Positions 10,266-22,042 are shown, counted from the stretch's first letter. The stretch is 32,000 nt of DNA from Candidatus Saccharimonadota bacterium (GCF_039383305.1 NZ_CP135009.1:360001-392000), one strand, 5' to 3'. The notes: a model not told the origin generated them from the letters alone. Numbers and translations: made by a program.

Positions 10266-10967
10266 TTATTTACGAGATCGACGTAAATTTTTTTTAACAT
10301 TTCCTACATTTTTTTCTTGATTTAAAAATAATGGCATTCCATCTAATATTTCTCCTTTAAAAATCCAAACTTTAACTCCTATAACCCCGTACGTAGTATG
10401 AGCTTCAGACGTATTATATTCAATATTAGCACGTAAAGTATGTAGTGGAACTCTGCCTTCTCGATACCATTCACGTCGAGCAATTTCAGCTCCTCCTAAA
10501 CGACCACTCACTTCTACTTTAATTCCTTGAGCTCCCTGCCGCATAGCATTTTGAACTGCTCTTTTCATCGCTCGACGAAACATAATTCGTCTCTCTAACT
10601 GAGAAGTAATATTATCAGCGACTAATTTTGCATCTAATTCTGGTTTTTTAATTTCAGAAATGTTAATTAATACCGGAACAGTAGTCATTTTTGCAATAAA
10701 TTTTCTTAATTTATCTACATCTTCTCCTTTTTTTCCAATAACAATTCCAGGACGTGCAGTATAAATAGTAATACGAATACTTTTAGCTGGTCTTTCTATT
10801 ACAATTCTAGAAATAGAAGCCTTAGATAATTTCTTCATCAAAAAATTACGTACTTGAAAATCACTTTCCAAATAATTAGAAAATTCTCTTTTACTAGCAA
10901 ACCAAACAGAATTCCAAGATTTTATAATTCCTAAACGCATACCATTAGGATGTACTTTTTGACCCAT
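10266..10967 (-). CDS. rpsC: 30S ribosomal protein S3
   Basis: 233 aa, [14 protein letters not shown]...WFA is the canonical S3, with KH domain and [10 protein letters not shown] motif. Confidence 0.98.
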   Translation of the reverse strand: MGQKVHPNGMRLGIIKSWNSVWFASKREFSNYLESDFQVRNFLMKKLSKASISRIVIERPAKSIRITIYTARPGIVIGKKGEDVDKLRKFIAKMTTVPVLINISEIKKPELDAKLVADNITSQLERRIMFRRAMKRAVQNAMRQGAQGIKVEVSGRLGGAEIARREWYREGRVPLHTLRANIEYNTSEAHTTYGVIGVKVWIFKGEILDGMPLFLNQEKNVGNVKKNLRRSRK

Positions 10968-10982
10968 AAAAACCTCTTTAAA

Positions 10983-11318
10983 TTACTTTACACAAGATAA
11001 GATCATAGTAATCTGACTTGTACGTTTTAAAATTCTATCTGCACGTCCTTTAGCTCTAGGTAACATACGTTTCATTGTAGGGCCTGCATCTACAAAAATT
11101 TTAGAAATAAAAAGAGTAGCCAATTTTAAAGAATAATTATGTTCTGCATTAGAAATAGCTGATTTTAATAATTTTCTTAATATATAAGATGACTTTTTAT
11201 TAATACTTTCTAAAATTTTTAATGCTTCTAACGCATTTTTACCGCGTATAATATTTACAATTAATCTCATTTTTTGAGGTGAAGAACGAATTTTTTTATA
11301 TTTTGCAAAAATAGACAT
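10983..11318 (-). CDS. rplV: 50S ribosomal protein L22
   Basis: The track ORF starts at a TTG (11345) inside the rpsS 3' end. The ATG at 11316-11318 gives MSIFAKYKKIRSSPQKMRLIVNIIRGK (111 aa), colinear with E. coli L22. It has a strong AAGAGGA SD 5 nt upstream. Confidence 0.94.
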   Translation of the reverse strand: MSIFAKYKKIRSSPQKMRLIVNIIRGKNALEALKILESINKKSSYILRKLLKSAISNAEHNYSLKLATLFISKIFVDAGPTMKRMLPRAKGRADRILKRTSQITMILSCVK

Positions 11319-11334
11319 ATCTATCCTCTTAAAT

Positions 11335-11619
11335 TTATTTTGCAACTTTTTTAGTTTTTCGATCTGCCGAATGACTCCTAAAAGTCCTAGTCATAGAAAA
11401 TTCACCTAATTTATGACCAACCATCTCTTCAGTAATAAAAACAGGAATATGAAATTTTCCATTGTGCACTAAAATAGTAATTCCTATCATATTTGGAAAA
11501 ATAGTAGAACGACGAGACCAAGTTTTTATCGGTTTTTTTTCTTTATTTTCTAAAAAAAATTTCACTTTTTTTAATAAATGATGATCTATAAATGGACCTT
11601 TTTTTAAAGAACGAGGCAT
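11335..11619 (-). CDS. rpsS: 30S ribosomal protein S19
   Basis: 94 aa, [19 protein letters not shown]...[19 protein letters not shown] matches S19. Confidence 0.98.
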   Translation of the reverse strand: MPRSLKKGPFIDHHLLKKVKFFLENKEKKPIKTWSRRSTIFPNMIGITILVHNGKFHIPVFITEEMVGHKLGEFSMTRTFRSHSADRKTKKVAK

Positions 11620-11630
11620 AATTATATCTC

Positions 11631-12455
11631 CTAATTATTACGACAATGTCGAATAATAAATTTTTCAGTACGTTTATTTTTTCTAGTTTTTTTACCTTTT
11701 GTTTGAAATCCCCATGGACTAACAGGATGTTTTCCAAAATTTTTACCTTCTCCACCACCATGCGGATGATCAACAGGATTCATAGCTGTTCCACGTACAG
11801 TAGGACGAATCCCTCGCCATCTAGAAGCCCCTGCTTTTCCATAAGATTTTAACATATGTTCAATATTTCCTACTTCACCTAAAGTAGCTCGACATAATAT
11901 ATGAATTTTTCTTATTTCTCCAGATTTTAAACGCATCGTAGCATATTTACTATCACGAGATACTAATTGAACGGAACTCCCTGCGGAACGAGCAATCTGA
12001 CCTCCTTTACCTGCTTTTAATTCTACATTATGAACTATAGAACCAACTGGAATATTTTTTAACGGTAAAGAATTACCAATTTTAATAGGAACAGAAGAAC
12101 CAGATGAAATTACATCTCCTATTTTTAAATTTTTTGGAGCTAAAATATACTTATAAATTCCATTTTTATACAATATTAAAGCAATATGAGAAGACCGATT
12201 CGGATCATATTCAATTCTTTGTACAATTGCATCAATATTATCTATTATCCTTTTAAAATCTATTTTTCTATAATATCTCTTATGACCTGAACCAATATGT
12301 CTTGTTGTAATTCGTCCATTATTATTTCTTCCACCTGTTTTTTTTTTAGAAGAAATTAAAGAGGACATAGGACGACCTTTATATAAATTAGGTGTTGTGA
12401 CTTTAATCATATGCCGACGACCAGGTGATGTAGGTTTACAATGTACAATAGTCAA
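11631..12455 (-). CDS. rplB: 50S ribosomal protein L2 (TTG start)
   Basis: 274 aa, colinear with E. coli L2 from residue 1 ([15 protein letters not shown] vs [15 protein letters not shown]) through [13 protein letters not shown]. The initiation codon at 12453-12455 is TTG. AAGGAG (complement of 12462-12467) lies 6 nt upstream. Confidence 0.97.
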   Translation of the reverse strand: MTIVHCKPTSPGRRHMIKVTTPNLYKGRPMSSLISSKKKTGGRNNNGRITTRHIGSGHKRYYRKIDFKRIIDNIDAIVQRIEYDPNRSSHIALILYKNGIYKYILAPKNLKIGDVISSGSSVPIKIGNSLPLKNIPVGSIVHNVELKAGKGGQIARSAGSSVQLVSRDSKYATMRLKSGEIRKIHILCRATLGEVGNIEHMLKSYGKAGASRWRGIRPTVRGTAMNPVDHPHGGGEGKNFGKHPVSPWGFQTKGKKTRKNKRTEKFIIRHCRNN

Positions 12456-12479
12456 AAAAAACTCCTTATTAAAATATAA

Positions 12480-12779
12480 TTAATTTAAACCCATAAAATC
12501 TAAATTTTGACCTGTTTTTAACATAACATACGCTTTTTTCCAATTACTTCTTTTATATATAACATTTTTTTGTTTTTTTTTCTTTCCTTTCATAATCATT
12601 GTATTAACTTTTTTTACAGTCACTCGAAATAAATATTGTATTGCAGTTTTAATTTCAAATTTAGTAGCATTTTTTAAAACTTTTAATACAACTATATTAT
12701 GTTTTTTCATATTATATGAAGATTTTTCAGAAATATGAGGCATAATTAATACCTTTAATAATCGTTCTTCATTAATCAT
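12480..12779 (-). CDS. rplW: 50S ribosomal protein L23
   Basis: 99 aa, [17 protein letters not shown]... matches L23 ([19 protein letters not shown]). Its ATG overlaps the rplD TGA stop (ATGA). Confidence 0.96.
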   Translation of the reverse strand: MINEERLLKVLIMPHISEKSSYNMKKHNIVVLKVLKNATKFEIKTAIQYLFRVTVKKVNTMIMKGKKKKQKNVIYKRSNWKKAYVMLKTGQNLDFMGLN

Positions 12780-13381
12780 ATTAAAAAGTCCTCAAGATAT
12801 TTAAAAGCATTTTTTACCATTAGTACTTTAGGATATGAAATTAAACTAACTGGATCTAAATTCTTTACAGTAATAATTTTAACTTTAAATAAATTTTTAG
12901 AAGCGCGTACTAAATATTGATCAACATCTAAAGTTATAATTAAGACATTTTTTAACTGTAAATCTATTAATTTCTTTAATAAAATTTTAGTTTTCGGTTC
13001 TTCAATATAAAATTTTTCAAATAAAATTAATCTATTCTGTCTAATTAATTCAGAAATAATATTCTGTAAAGCACCACGATACATTTTCTTATTAATTTTT
13101 TGTATAAAATTTCTAGGTTTAGAAGCAAAAGTTACACCACCCGATCTCCATAAAGGACTACGTAAAGATCCTGCTCGCGCTCTTCCTGTTCCTTTTTGAC
13201 GCCATGGTTTCCGACCAGAACCAGAAACTTCCGATCTATTTTTTTGAGCTTTACTACCTTGCCGTCTTCTAGCTAAATAAGCTACAATAATTTGATGTAC
13301 TAAAGAAGTATTAAAAACTTTAAAAAATTTTTTATTTTTTATTAATATTTTTTCTTGCGTATCTTGTAAAACAATATCCAT
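12776..13381 (-). CDS. rplD: 50S ribosomal protein L4
   Basis: 201 aa, with the L4 core [29 protein letters not shown]. Confidence 0.97.
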   Translation of the reverse strand: MDIVLQDTQEKILIKNKKFFKVFNTSLVHQIIVAYLARRRQGSKAQKNRSEVSGSGRKPWRQKGTGRARAGSLRSPLWRSGGVTFASKPRNFIQKINKKMYRGALQNIISELIRQNRLILFEKFYIEEPKTKILLKKLIDLQLKNVLIITLDVDQYLVRASKNLFKVKIITVKNLDPVSLISYPKVLMVKNAFKYLEDFLI

Positions 13382-13403
13382 ATATATTTACCTCATAAAA
13401 AAA

Positions 13404-14033
13404 TTATACTTTTATTGAAGGACGAATTTTTAAATATCCATTAACTGCCCCTGGTACACTACCTTTTACAAAAATTAAATTATTTTTAATATCAATTTTT
13501 ATTAATTTTAAACTTTGTATAGTAACTTGCATATTTCCTAAATGACCAGACATTTTTTTTCCTTTAAAAACTCTGCCTGGCGTCTGATTTTGCCCAATAG
13601 ATCCAGGAACTCTGTGAGATAAAGAATTTCCATGTGTAGCATCTTGCATACTAAAATTCCAACGTTTTACGGTTCCACTAAAACCTTTACCTTTTGAAAT
13701 ACCCGTAATATCTACCAACTTTAAATTTGAAAAATATTTTACAGATAATTCCTGTCCTATATAAAAATTTTTAATATCCTCACATCGAAATTCCCACAAC
13801 CCACAACCTACTCTTAATCCTAATTTCAAAAAATAACCAGCTTCTGGTTTTTTAATACGTTGAACTTTTTTCACACCAGTTGTGACTTGAATCGCAGTAT
13901 ATAAATTTTTTTTCATACTTTTAATATTAGTAATCACATTTTTTTTTATTTTAATAACAGTAATAGGTATTGAACTACCATTTTCAATAAAAATTCTAGT
14001 CATACCAATCTTTCTTCCTATTAAACCCATCAT
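13404..14033 (-). CDS. rplC: 50S ribosomal protein L3
   Basis: The track ORF starts at a TTG (14054). The ATG at 14031-14033 gives [15 protein letters not shown] (209 aa, same length and register as E. coli L3, MIGLVGKKVGMTRIF). The adjacent ATG at 14030 is an equally possible start. Confidence 0.94.
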   Translation of the reverse strand: MMGLIGRKIGMTRIFIENGSSIPITVIKIKKNVITNIKSMKKNLYTAIQVTTGVKKVQRIKKPEAGYFLKLGLRVGCGLWEFRCEDIKNFYIGQELSVKYFSNLKLVDITGISKGKGFSGTVKRWNFSMQDATHGNSLSHRVPGSIGQNQTPGRVFKGKKMSGHLGNMQVTIQSLKLIKIDIKNNLIFVKGSVPGAVNGYLKIRPSIKV

Positions 14034-14065
14034 ATTTATATCTTCTCTTTTCAAAAATTTTATTT

Positions 14066-14449
<384 letters not shown>

Positions 14450-14460
14450 TTAAATATAAA

Positions 14461-14503
14461 ATTTTTAAAATCAAGAAAAGAGTAAAAAATACTCTTGTCT
14501 TGA
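14461..14503 (-). terminator. Rho-independent terminator downstream of tufA (end of str operon)
   Basis: On the minus strand, a 14-bp stem (14490-14503 pairing with 14471-14484) has one mismatch and a 5-nt loop. UUUUAAAAAUUUU follows it. It begins 44 nt after the tufA stop. Confidence 0.7.
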
Positions 14504-14547
14504 TGATCCTTATTACTTGAATATCTTTTTATTCTATAAAAAAATAA

Positions 14548-15732
14548 TTAAATTATTACTTTAGTTACAATACCCGCACCAACAGTACGACCCCCTTCAC
14601 GAATTGCAAATCTTAAACCTTCCGCCATAGCAATAGGATGTATTAATTTAACTGACATTTTAATATTATCTCCTGGCATTACCATTTCTACTTTTTCAGG
14701 TAATGTAATAGATCCTGTTACATCTGTAGTTCTAAAATAAAATTGAGGACGATATCCTTTAAAAAAAGGAGTATGTCTACCTCCTTCTTCTTTCGATAAA
14801 ATGTATACCTCTGATTCAAATTTACTATGCGGTTTAATAGTACCAGGTTTAGCTAATACTTGACCACGTTCTATCTCTTCTCTTTTAGTACCTCTTAATA
14901 AAATTCCTACATTTTCTCCTGCACGTCCTTCATCTAATAATTTACGAAACATTTCTACACCAGTACAAATTGTTTTTACAGTATTACGGACTCCTACAAT
15001 TTCAACTTCTTCACCCACATGAATAATTCCACGCTCTACTCTACCAGTTACTACAGTACCGCGACCTGAAATCGAAAAAACGTCTTCAATTGGTAATAAA
15101 AAAGGATCTTCAATTGCTCGTTTAGGAATTGGAATATAAGTATCTAATAAATGAGATAACTCTAAAATTTTATTTTCCCATACTTTATCACCTTCTAAAG
15201 CTTTTAAAGCTGACCCTCGAACTATAGGAATATCATCACCAGGAAAATCATATTGAGTTAAAAGATCACGTACTTCCATTTCAACTAATTCTAATAATTC
15301 TTCATCATCTACCATATCGCATTTATTAAGAAAAACAATAATATGAGGAACACCTACTTGCCTTCCTAATAAAATATGTTCACGAGTTTGAGGCATAGGA
15401 CCATCTGTAGCTGCAACTACTAAAATAGCTCCATCCATTTGAGCAGCTCCTGTAATCATATTTTTAATATAATCAGCATGACCAGGGCAATCGACATGAG
15501 CATAATGACGTAATTCAGTATCATATTCAACATGAGACGTATTAATTGTAATACCACGAGCTTTTTCTTCTGGAGCATTATCAATTTGATCAAATGCACA
15601 AGCTAAACCACCAAATTTTTTTGACAAAACAGTTGTAATAGCTGCTGTTAAAGTCGTTTTTCCATGATCAACATGACCAATTGTTCCTACATTAATATGA
15701 GGTTTAATACGCTCAAACTTTTTTTTAGACAC
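14548..15732 (-). CDS. tufA: Elongation factor Tu
   Basis: 394 aa, with [15 protein letters not shown] and NKCD GTPase motifs, near-identical to enterobacterial EF-Tu. GTG start codon (15730-15732), as in E. coli tufA. It follows fusA. Confidence 0.99.
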   Translation of the reverse strand: MSKKKFERIKPHINVGTIGHVDHGKTTLTAAITTVLSKKFGGLACAFDQIDNAPEEKARGITINTSHVEYDTELRHYAHVDCPGHADYIKNMITGAAQMDGAILVVAATDGPMPQTREHILLGRQVGVPHIIVFLNKCDMVDDEELLELVEMEVRDLLTQYDFPGDDIPIVRGSALKALEGDKVWENKILELSHLLDTYIPIPKRAIEDPFLLPIEDVFSISGRGTVVTGRVERGIIHVGEEVEIVGVRNTVKTICTGVEMFRKLLDEGRAGENVGILLRGTKREEIERGQVLAKPGTIKPHSKFESEVYILSKEEGGRHTPFFKGYRPQFYFRTTDVTGSITLPEKVEMVMPGDNIKMSVKLIHPIAMAEGLRFAIREGGRTVGAGIVTKVII

Positions 15733-15798
15733 TATTTTTTCCTTTTATAATAAATGTATATAAAAATTTAAACAAAAATTTTAAAAAATTTAAAAAAA

Positions 15799-17910
15799 TT
15801 ATTTTTTTCTCAATTCTATAATTTTTTCAGATAAAATTTTTGGAATTTCCGAATATTTTAAAAATTCCATAGAATATGATGCTCTTCCTTGTGTTTGAGA
15901 TCTTAAATCTGTCGCATAACCAAACATTTCAGATAAAGGAATAATCGCTTGTATTTTTTTATCACCTATGATATCATTTGACATTCCTTCTATTATTCCT
16001 CGGCGACGATTAATATCTCCAATAACATCTCCCATATAATTTTGAGGAGTTTCAATTTCTACTTTCATGATCGGTTCTAATAAAATAGGAGTAGCTTTTT
16101 TAAAAGCGTTTTTAAAAGCATATGAAGCTGCTAACTTAAATGCTAATTCTGATGAATCTACATCATGAAAAGACCCATAATATAAACGTATTACAACATC
16201 AACTACAGGATAACCTGCTAAAGGTCCAGATTTTAATTGTTCTTGAATCCCTTTATTAATTGCTGGAATATACTCACTAGGAATAGACCCACCTTTAATA
16301 TCATTAATAAAAGTATAACTAGATTCTTCTTTTGATCTAGGAAATAAATCTAATACAACATGACCATATTGCCCTCGACCACCTGATTGTTTAATATGTT
16401 TACCTTCAATCCCTAAAATTTTAGTTTTAATAGTTTCTCTATATGCCACCTGAGGTGTTCCAATATTTGCTTCCACACCAAATTCACGTTTCATACGATC
16501 TATAATAATTTCTAAATGTAACTCTCCCATTCCAGAAATAATAGTTTGATTAGATTCTCTATCTGTATATACACGAAAAGAGGGATCTTCCTTAGCTAAT
16601 CGATTTAAAGACAATCCCATTTTTTCTTGATCAATTTTAGTTTTAGGTTCAACAGCTATAGAAATCACAGGTTCAGGAAAATCCATTTTTTCTAAAATAA
16701 TAGAATTTTCTAAATCACATAATGTATCACCAGTACTAACATTTTTTAAACCAATAGCTGCAGCAATATCTCCTGCTCTTACTTCTTTAATTTCTTCACG
16801 TTTATTTGCATGCATTTGAACAATTCGTCCAAATCTTTCTTTATGTAATTTACCTGAATTTAAAACAGTATCTCCCGAATGAACAATTCCTGAGTATACA
16901 CGGAAAAAAGTTAAATTCCCAACAAAAGGATCGCTAGCAATTTTAAACGCTAAAGCAGAAAAAGGTTGTTCATCAGAAGAATTTCTTAAAATTAAATCTT
17001 TTTTATTATCTTTTGAATATCCTTGAATCGAAGGTACATCTTGTGGAGATGGTAAAAAATCTATAATAGCATCTAATAACGTCTGCACACCTTTATTTTT
17101 AAACGCAGACCCACAAGTAATTAAAGTTATTTTATTTTTTAAAACTCCAGATCTTAAACTTTTTTTAATTTCTTCTTCTGAAAGAATTTGATTATTTAAA
17201 TATTTCGACATTAAATTTTCATCAAATTCTACTGCTGCTTCAATTAAATTTATATGCCATTTCTGCGCTTTTTTTTCTAAAAATTTTGGAATATCAGAAT
17301 ATTGAAAAGTCATTCCATGATCAGTTTCACACCATCTAATTGCTTTCATTTTAATTAAATCTATTACTCCAACAAATTTTTCTTCAGTACCTATTGGCAG
17401 TTGTATAGGGATAGCTAAAGTATGTAAACAAAGTTTAATTTGTTTAACTACAGAAAAAAAATTAGCACCCATACGATCCATTTTATTAATAAAAGCAATA
17501 CGAGGAACATTATATTTATTAGCCTGTCTCCAAACAGTTTCTGATTGAGGTTGTACACCTCCAACAGCGCAATAAATCATAACTACACCATCTAAAATAC
17601 GCATAGAACGTTCTACTTCTATAGTAAAATCAACGTGACCAGGAGTATCAATAATATTAATTTTATGTGCTGAAAATTGTTTATACATTCCAGACCAAAA
17701 CGTTGTAGTAGCTGCAGAAGTAATAGTAATACCGCGCTCTTGTTCTTGAACCATCCAATCCATTGTAGCAGTACCATCATGAACTTCTCCAATTTTATGG
17801 TTTACTCCTGTATATAATAAAATCCTTTCGGTAGTAGTAGTTTTACCGGCATCAATATGAGCACTAATTCCAATATTCCGATATTGAGTAATAAGCGTTT
17901 TACGAACCAT
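15799..17910 (-). CDS. fusA: Elongation factor G
   Basis: The track ORF starts at a TTG (17931). The ATG at 17908-17910 gives [31 protein letters not shown] (703 aa), in register with E. coli EF-G. AGGAG lies 4 nt upstream. Confidence 0.97.
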   Translation of the reverse strand: MVRKTLITQYRNIGISAHIDAGKTTTTERILLYTGVNHKIGEVHDGTATMDWMVQEQERGITITSAATTTFWSGMYKQFSAHKINIIDTPGHVDFTIEVERSMRILDGVVMIYCAVGGVQPQSETVWRQANKYNVPRIAFINKMDRMGANFFSVVKQIKLCLHTLAIPIQLPIGTEEKFVGVIDLIKMKAIRWCETDHGMTFQYSDIPKFLEKKAQKWHINLIEAAVEFDENLMSKYLNNQILSEEEIKKSLRSGVLKNKITLITCGSAFKNKGVQTLLDAIIDFLPSPQDVPSIQGYSKDNKKDLILRNSSDEQPFSALAFKIASDPFVGNLTFFRVYSGIVHSGDTVLNSGKLHKERFGRIVQMHANKREEIKEVRAGDIAAAIGLKNVSTGDTLCDLENSIILEKMDFPEPVISIAVEPKTKIDQEKMGLSLNRLAKEDPSFRVYTDRESNQTIISGMGELHLEIIIDRMKREFGVEANIGTPQVAYRETIKTKILGIEGKHIKQSGGRGQYGHVVLDLFPRSKEESSYTFINDIKGGSIPSEYIPAINKGIQEQLKSGPLAGYPVVDVVIRLYYGSFHDVDSSELAFKLAASYAFKNAFKKATPILLEPIMKVEIETPQNYMGDVIGDINRRRGIIEGMSNDIIGDKKIQAIIPLSEMFGYATDLRSQTQGRASYSMEFLKYSEIPKILSEKIIELRKK

Positions 17911-17996
17911 AAATCTCCTATAAAAACACAATATAAAATATATTTATTATATATTTTATACAAATTTTTCCAGTATACAGATAATTTTAATATAAT

Positions 17997-18467
17997 TTAC
18001 CATCGATAATGCGCAAAAGCTTTATTTGCTTCAGCCATTTTATGTACTTCTTCTTTTTTTTTTACAGCAGCTCCTTTATTTTCAATCGCATCTAATAATT
18101 CATAAGTTAATTTTAAAAACATAGATTTATCATGTCGTTTCCTTGCAGCCAAGATAATCCATCGCATTGCTAAAGTATTCCTACGAATTGGACGTACTTC
18201 AACTGGAACTTGATAAGTAGATCCTCCAACACGACGAGATTTAACTTCTACTAATGGTTTAACATTTTCTAATGCTAAATCAAAACTTTCTAATTCTTTT
18301 TTATGTATTTTTTTAGAAACATTTTTTAATGCAGTATATACAATATATTCAGCTATAGACTTTTTACCATCCATCATTAAAATATTAATAAATTTTGCCA
18401 ACAACTCTGATTTAAATTTAGGATCAGATAAAATTTTTCTATTTCCAATAATACGACGACGAGGCAT
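17997..18467 (-). CDS. rpsG: 30S ribosomal protein S7
   Basis: 156 aa, from [18 protein letters not shown] to the AFAHYRW C-terminus, canonical S7. Confidence 0.98.
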   Translation of the reverse strand: MPRRRIIGNRKILSDPKFKSELLAKFINILMMDGKKSIAEYIVYTALKNVSKKIHKKELESFDLALENVKPLVEVKSRRVGGSTYQVPVEVRPIRRNTLAMRWIILAARKRHDKSMFLKLTYELLDAIENKGAAVKKKEEVHKMAEANKAFAHYRW

Positions 18468-18484
18468 CTAATACTCCTATAATT

Positions 18485-18859
18485 TTATATTTTTGGTTTT
18501 TTAACACCATATTTTGAACGACTTTTTTTACGATCTTTTACACCGGCGCAATCTAAAGCACCTCGAACAATATGATATCTAACTCCAGGCAAATCTTTAA
18601 CACGACCTCCTCGTATTAAAATCACAGAATGTTCTTGTAAATTATGTCCTTCCCCTCCAATATATGCAGTTACTTCTAATCCATTCGTTAATCTTACCCG
18701 ACAAACTTTCCGTAAAGCTGAATTTGGTTTTTTAGGAGTCGTAGTATATACACGAATACACACTCCTCTTTTTTGAGGAGATTGTGATAATGCTGGAACA
18801 TTACTTTTACTATTTTTTTGTTTTCGAAATTTTCTAACTAATTGATTAATAGTAGACAT
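18485..18859 (-). CDS. rpsL: 30S ribosomal protein S12
   Basis: 124 aa, [11 protein letters not shown].......VPAL...[32 protein letters not shown] is canonical S12. GGAG SD present. Confidence 0.98.
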   Translation of the reverse strand: MSTINQLVRKFRKQKNSKSNVPALSQSPQKRGVCIRVYTTTPKKPNSALRKVCRVRLTNGLEVTAYIGGEGHNLQEHSVILIRGGRVKDLPGVRYHIVRGALDCAGVKDRKKSRSKYGVKKPKI

Positions 18860-18953
18860 TTTTACTCCATATAAAATATTTAAAATATAATTTTAAATTA
18901 AAAAATTCTTTAAATATATATTTTTTAAAAAAATATTTAAAAAAAAATAATTT

Positions 18954-19241
18954 TTACCACGTCATATTAATTTTATGTTTTTCAGTTAATGTAACAAATT
19001 CTAAAAAATTTATAATTTTAATATCAAAAAATACAAATTTTAATAATCCTCTAGTTTTTAAATCTTCTTGTAAAAAATAAACTTTTTTAAAAAATTTTTC
19101 TATTTTTTCTCTTAATATATTATCTTTAAGCCCTAAAATAACTCCATCTTGTATACAGAGTAACTCATCAGAAACCCGTGAAAAAATTTTTAAAGAATTT
19201 ATAGAAATTTGAAATGGAGAACTTAATAAAATATGTAACAT
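18954..19241 (-). CDS. tusB: tRNA 2-thiouridine synthesis sulfur relay protein TusB (DsrH family)
   Basis: The ATG at 19239-19241 gives MLHILLSSP... (95 aa), in register with E. coli TusB (MLHTLHRSP..., ending ...MAW vs ...MTW here). An alternative ATG at 19253 overlaps the tusC stop (ATGGTAA) and adds 4 residues. Confidence 0.85.
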   Translation of the reverse strand: MLHILLSSPFQISINSLKIFSRVSDELLCIQDGVILGLKDNILREKIEKFFKKVYFLQEDLKTRGLLKFVFFDIKIINFLEFVTLTEKHKINMTW

Positions 19242-19246
19242 TTTTT

Positions 19247-19609
19247 TTACCATTTAAATATAATATCAAATTGATGAATTTTTTCTTTTATTTCGTTTTC
19301 TTTTAAAAAACTTCCTTTAATAATAAAATTTTTATCATTATAAATACCGCGTTCTTGAGAAGATTGCAAACAAAAAAAAAAATTACAAATATTAAATGTA
19401 GGTAAAATCTTAAATAAAAAAACATAATTATTTAAAAAAAAAATTTCAGGTTTTTGAGATTTTAATAATTGTAAAATTCCATCTTCAATAAAAAAAATTC
19501 CAATATTTTTAATACCTATCGCCAAAGACAAAATTATATTTATACCTTCACAACTAATATATTTCCCATATGGAGAATTAGAGAAAACAAATGCTATTGA
19601 TTTTTTCAT
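19247..19609 (-). CDS. tusC: tRNA 2-thiouridine synthesis sulfur relay protein TusC (DsrF family)
   Basis: 120 aa, MKKSIAFVFSNSPYG...FFIEDGILQLLKSQKP... is colinear with E. coli TusC (MKRIAFVFSTAPHG...FFIADGVFQLLPGQKP). Conserved tusD-tusC-tusB order upstream of rpsL. Confidence 0.88.
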   Translation of the reverse strand: MKKSIAFVFSNSPYGKYISCEGINIILSLAIGIKNIGIFFIEDGILQLLKSQKPEIFFLNNYVFLFKILPTFNICNFFFCLQSSQERGIYNDKNFIIKGSFLKENEIKEKIHQFDIIFKW

Positions 19610-19633
19610 AATAAATATTATTGTATATTATAA

Positions 19634-20020
19634 TTAAAATTGTAAAAAACGATCACATTTCTGAATTTCAAAAGATAACACGCTTAAACCTACCAATTTA
19701 AAAAATTTTGAAAAATTTCCTTCTAAAAAACCTAATTTTAATGCTATTTTTTTGGGTAAAATTCCTCGTTGATAAGCAGAATTTACACATACATACAAAT
19801 TTACCTGATAAATTAAAAATAAATTTGACCATTTTTTTAAAAAATTTAATTCATCTTTCGATGGAAAAATCATACTATTGGAATGATATACTCCAGAAGA
19901 ATAAAAAAAAATACTCCTTAACGTATGTTTCTTCAAGATTACAGAATGGGCAAATAATAATGCAGAATTTGCATTTTGAGTACCATATGGAGGGCCAGAA
20001 ACAGTTAAAATATATTTCAT
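19634..20020 (-). CDS. tusD: tRNA 2-thiouridine synthesis sulfurtransferase TusD (DsrE family)
   Basis: 128 aa, from SGPPYGTQNANSALLFA and FFYSSGVYHSN to the C-terminal CDR.LQF, as in E. coli TusD (...CDRVVQF). The active-site Cys context (YVCVNSAYQRG vs ICVAAALRRG) is retained. Confidence 0.88.
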   Translation of the reverse strand: MKYILTVSGPPYGTQNANSALLFAHSVILKKHTLRSIFFYSSGVYHSNSMIFPSKDELNFLKKWSNLFLIYQVNLYVCVNSAYQRGILPKKIALKLGFLEGNFSKFFKLVGLSVLSFEIQKCDRFLQF

Positions 20021-20073
20021 ATTAAATTCTTTTTTTCTGCATAAAAATGTTATATTTTTTTTTTAAAAAAAAA

Positions 20074-20832
20074 CTATAAAACATCTAATACTTCAATTTC
20101 AAAAATTAAAGTTGCAGATGCAGGAATACCAGGAATTCTAATCATTTTATTAGATAAATTTGATGGTATTACTAAAATAATTTTTCCACCTTTTTTTAAT
20201 AATTGAATACTTTCTTTCCAAACAGGAATAATTTGATTTAAAGTTAACTGAAGAGGGCCACCATTTTTATAAGAATTATCAAATTCTGTACCATCTACTA
20301 AAAAACCTTTATAATGTACTACTAATTTTGAATCTGAATTAATATTAGAGCCTGTTCCAACTTTTTTGATCTGATATAAAATTCCTGATGTACTTATTTT
20401 TACATTTTTGTTCTTTAAGAATTGCTGTAAATATTTTTTATCTAATTTTAAAAGTTTTTTTTCCAAAATTTCTTCTAAATTTTTATTTTCAACTTCAACT
20501 TTTTCTGAAAAAATTTGTAAAAAATCTTTAATTTCTTCTTGAGAAAATTTAACGGTATGTAATAACGCATCCCATAAACCCATATATACTATAAAAGGTT
20601 TAGTAATAATTTTTTTGTATAAAGATTGATGTAAAAAATTTACAATCATTTGCCCAAAAGATACTCCTACAGAATACAACATTTTATCTTCAGATGTATG
20701 TACTTCTGGTAACATATTATATTCAGGAATATCTTTTTTTATAATATTTTTTTGTATTTCTGAAGCATAAACAAAATTTTGAAAACTTAAAGATATTAAA
20801 AAAATACCTAAAATTACTTTTAAATAATACAT
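20074..20832 (-). CDS. fkpA: FKBP-type peptidyl-prolyl cis-trans isomerase FkpA (periplasmic)
   Basis: 252 aa. It has an N-terminal hydrophobic signal peptide (MYYLKVILGIFLISLSFQNFVYA/S). The C-terminal FKBP domain reads VVHYKGFLVDGTEFDNSY...L.L...IP.W.E......GGK..LVIP. It sits next to tusBCD as in E. coli. Confidence 0.9.
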   Translation of the reverse strand: MYYLKVILGIFLISLSFQNFVYASEIQKNIIKKDIPEYNMLPEVHTSEDKMLYSVGVSFGQMIVNFLHQSLYKKIITKPFIVYMGLWDALLHTVKFSQEEIKDFLQIFSEKVEVENKNLEEILEKKLLKLDKKYLQQFLKNKNVKISTSGILYQIKKVGTGSNINSDSKLVVHYKGFLVDGTEFDNSYKNGGPLQLTLNQIIPVWKESIQLLKKGGKIILVIPSNLSNKMIRIPGIPASATLIFEIEVLDVL

Positions 20833-20998
20833 ATATTACAATCCTTCTAAAAAAATCATTTAAAATATTAAAATTTAAAATTTTTATAAAAATTTATTTT
20901 AAAATTTATAAAAATTAAAAAATTAAATTATATATATTCTTAAAATATTTGATTTCTTTTAAAAATAAAATATAAAAAAAATTAACATTATAAAAATT

Positions 20999-22006
20999 TT
21001 ATATATTAATTTTTTTCCGAATTTTTTTAAAAAATTTTTGAGAATTTAAATTCGCAATATAAGATCCTTTCTCTAAAATTTTATATAATTTCGATTCATT
21101 TTTTCTATAAAAAAAATATAATTTTTGTATACGAATTAAAAATTTTTTTAAAATCTCAGAAACAGATTCTTTAAATTGTTGATACGTATAATTTTTAAAT
21201 TTTTTTTCTAAAACAGAAATACTATTCTTACTTAACAAAGATGCAATGATTAATAAATTAGAAATTCCAGGTTTTATAGAAGGATTATAAAATATTTGAG
21301 GAGGAGTATCTGAATCTGTTACAGAATTTTTAATTTTTAATAAAGCAACTTCTATTGAATCACTTAAAAAAATTACATTATTCACGTTTTTATTTGTTTT
21401 AGACATTTTTAATAAAGGATTTTGTAAACCCATAATTTTTTTCCCTAAATTAGGAATAAAAATTTTTGGAATCACAAAAATTTTTCCATAAATTTTATTA
21501 AAACGTTTTGCAATTTTTTGTGTAAACTCTAAATGTTGTTTTTGATCTTCCCCTACTAATACCAAATTCGTTTGATACAATAAAATATCAGATGCCATTA
21601 ATACAGGATAATTCAATAATCCTAAATTTACATTTTTAGGTTGTAATAATAATTTACTTTTAAATTGAGTCATTCGAGATAACTCTCCAAAAGAACTCAT
21701 ACATCCTAATATCCAATACAATTGAGTATGAAGTACTACATCAGACTGTACAAAAATAATACTTTTTTCAGGATTAATACCGCAAGCCAAATACCAAGAT
21801 AAAGTATCTAAAATAGAATTTTTTAAAAAATTAATTTTTTTTGTTAAACAATTAGTTAATACATGTAAATCAGCAATACAAAAGTAACATTTTGAAAAAT
21901 TTTGAAAATTTCTCCAATACTGCATAGTACCTAAATAATTTCCTAAAGTTAACATTCCAGACGGTTGAATACCAGTAAAAATTACATTTTTAAAAGAATT
22001 TTGCAT
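20999..22006 (-). CDS. trpS: Tryptophan--tRNA ligase
   Basis: 335 aa, class I synthetase with TGIQPSGMLTLGNYLG (HIGH-region equivalent) and a KMSKT (KMSKS) motif. Confidence 0.95.
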   Translation of the reverse strand: MQNSFKNVIFTGIQPSGMLTLGNYLGTMQYWRNFQNFSKCYFCIADLHVLTNCLTKKINFLKNSILDTLSWYLACGINPEKSIIFVQSDVVLHTQLYWILGCMSSFGELSRMTQFKSKLLLQPKNVNLGLLNYPVLMASDILLYQTNLVLVGEDQKQHLEFTQKIAKRFNKIYGKIFVIPKIFIPNLGKKIMGLQNPLLKMSKTNKNVNNVIFLSDSIEVALLKIKNSVTDSDTPPQIFYNPSIKPGISNLLIIASLLSKNSISVLEKKFKNYTYQQFKESVSEILKKFLIRIQKLYFFYRKNESKLYKILEKGSYIANLNSQKFFKKIRKKINI

Positions 22007-22042
22007 AAAAAACCCTTAAGATTCTTCAGAATAAAAAAATTC

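Noticed and set aside
11543-11773. 76-aa minus-strand ORF overlapping the rpsS start and rplB end in another frame
   Set aside because: It overlaps two conserved genes out of frame. Its K/I/F-rich sequence has no homology signal.
11646-11852. 68-aa + strand ORF
   Set aside because: Antisense to the conserved C-terminus of rplB. Shadow ORF.
17911-17996. An rpsG-fusA spacer of 86 nt that looks long
   Set aside because: As I recall, the short spacer in E. coli K-12 reflects a C-terminally extended 179-aa S7. With the 156-aa S7 form seen here, a spacer of about this size is the ancestral arrangement.
19708-20025. 105-aa + strand ORF
   Set aside because: Antisense to tusD, whose own frame has clear TusD homology. 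Shadow ORF.
20055-20073. T10A9 palindrome between tusD and fkpA as a possible terminator or regulatory site
   Set aside because: A pure A/T homopolymer junction has negligible stem stability, and such junctions are common in this composition.
20871-20920. Apparent imperfect inverted and direct repeats (tttataaaaattt-type words) in the fkpA-trpS spacer, resembling words in the aroK-tRNA spacer (24511-24560)
   Set aside because: Low-complexity A/T sequence produces such matches by chance. There are no G/C anchor positions and no exact copies of meaningful length.
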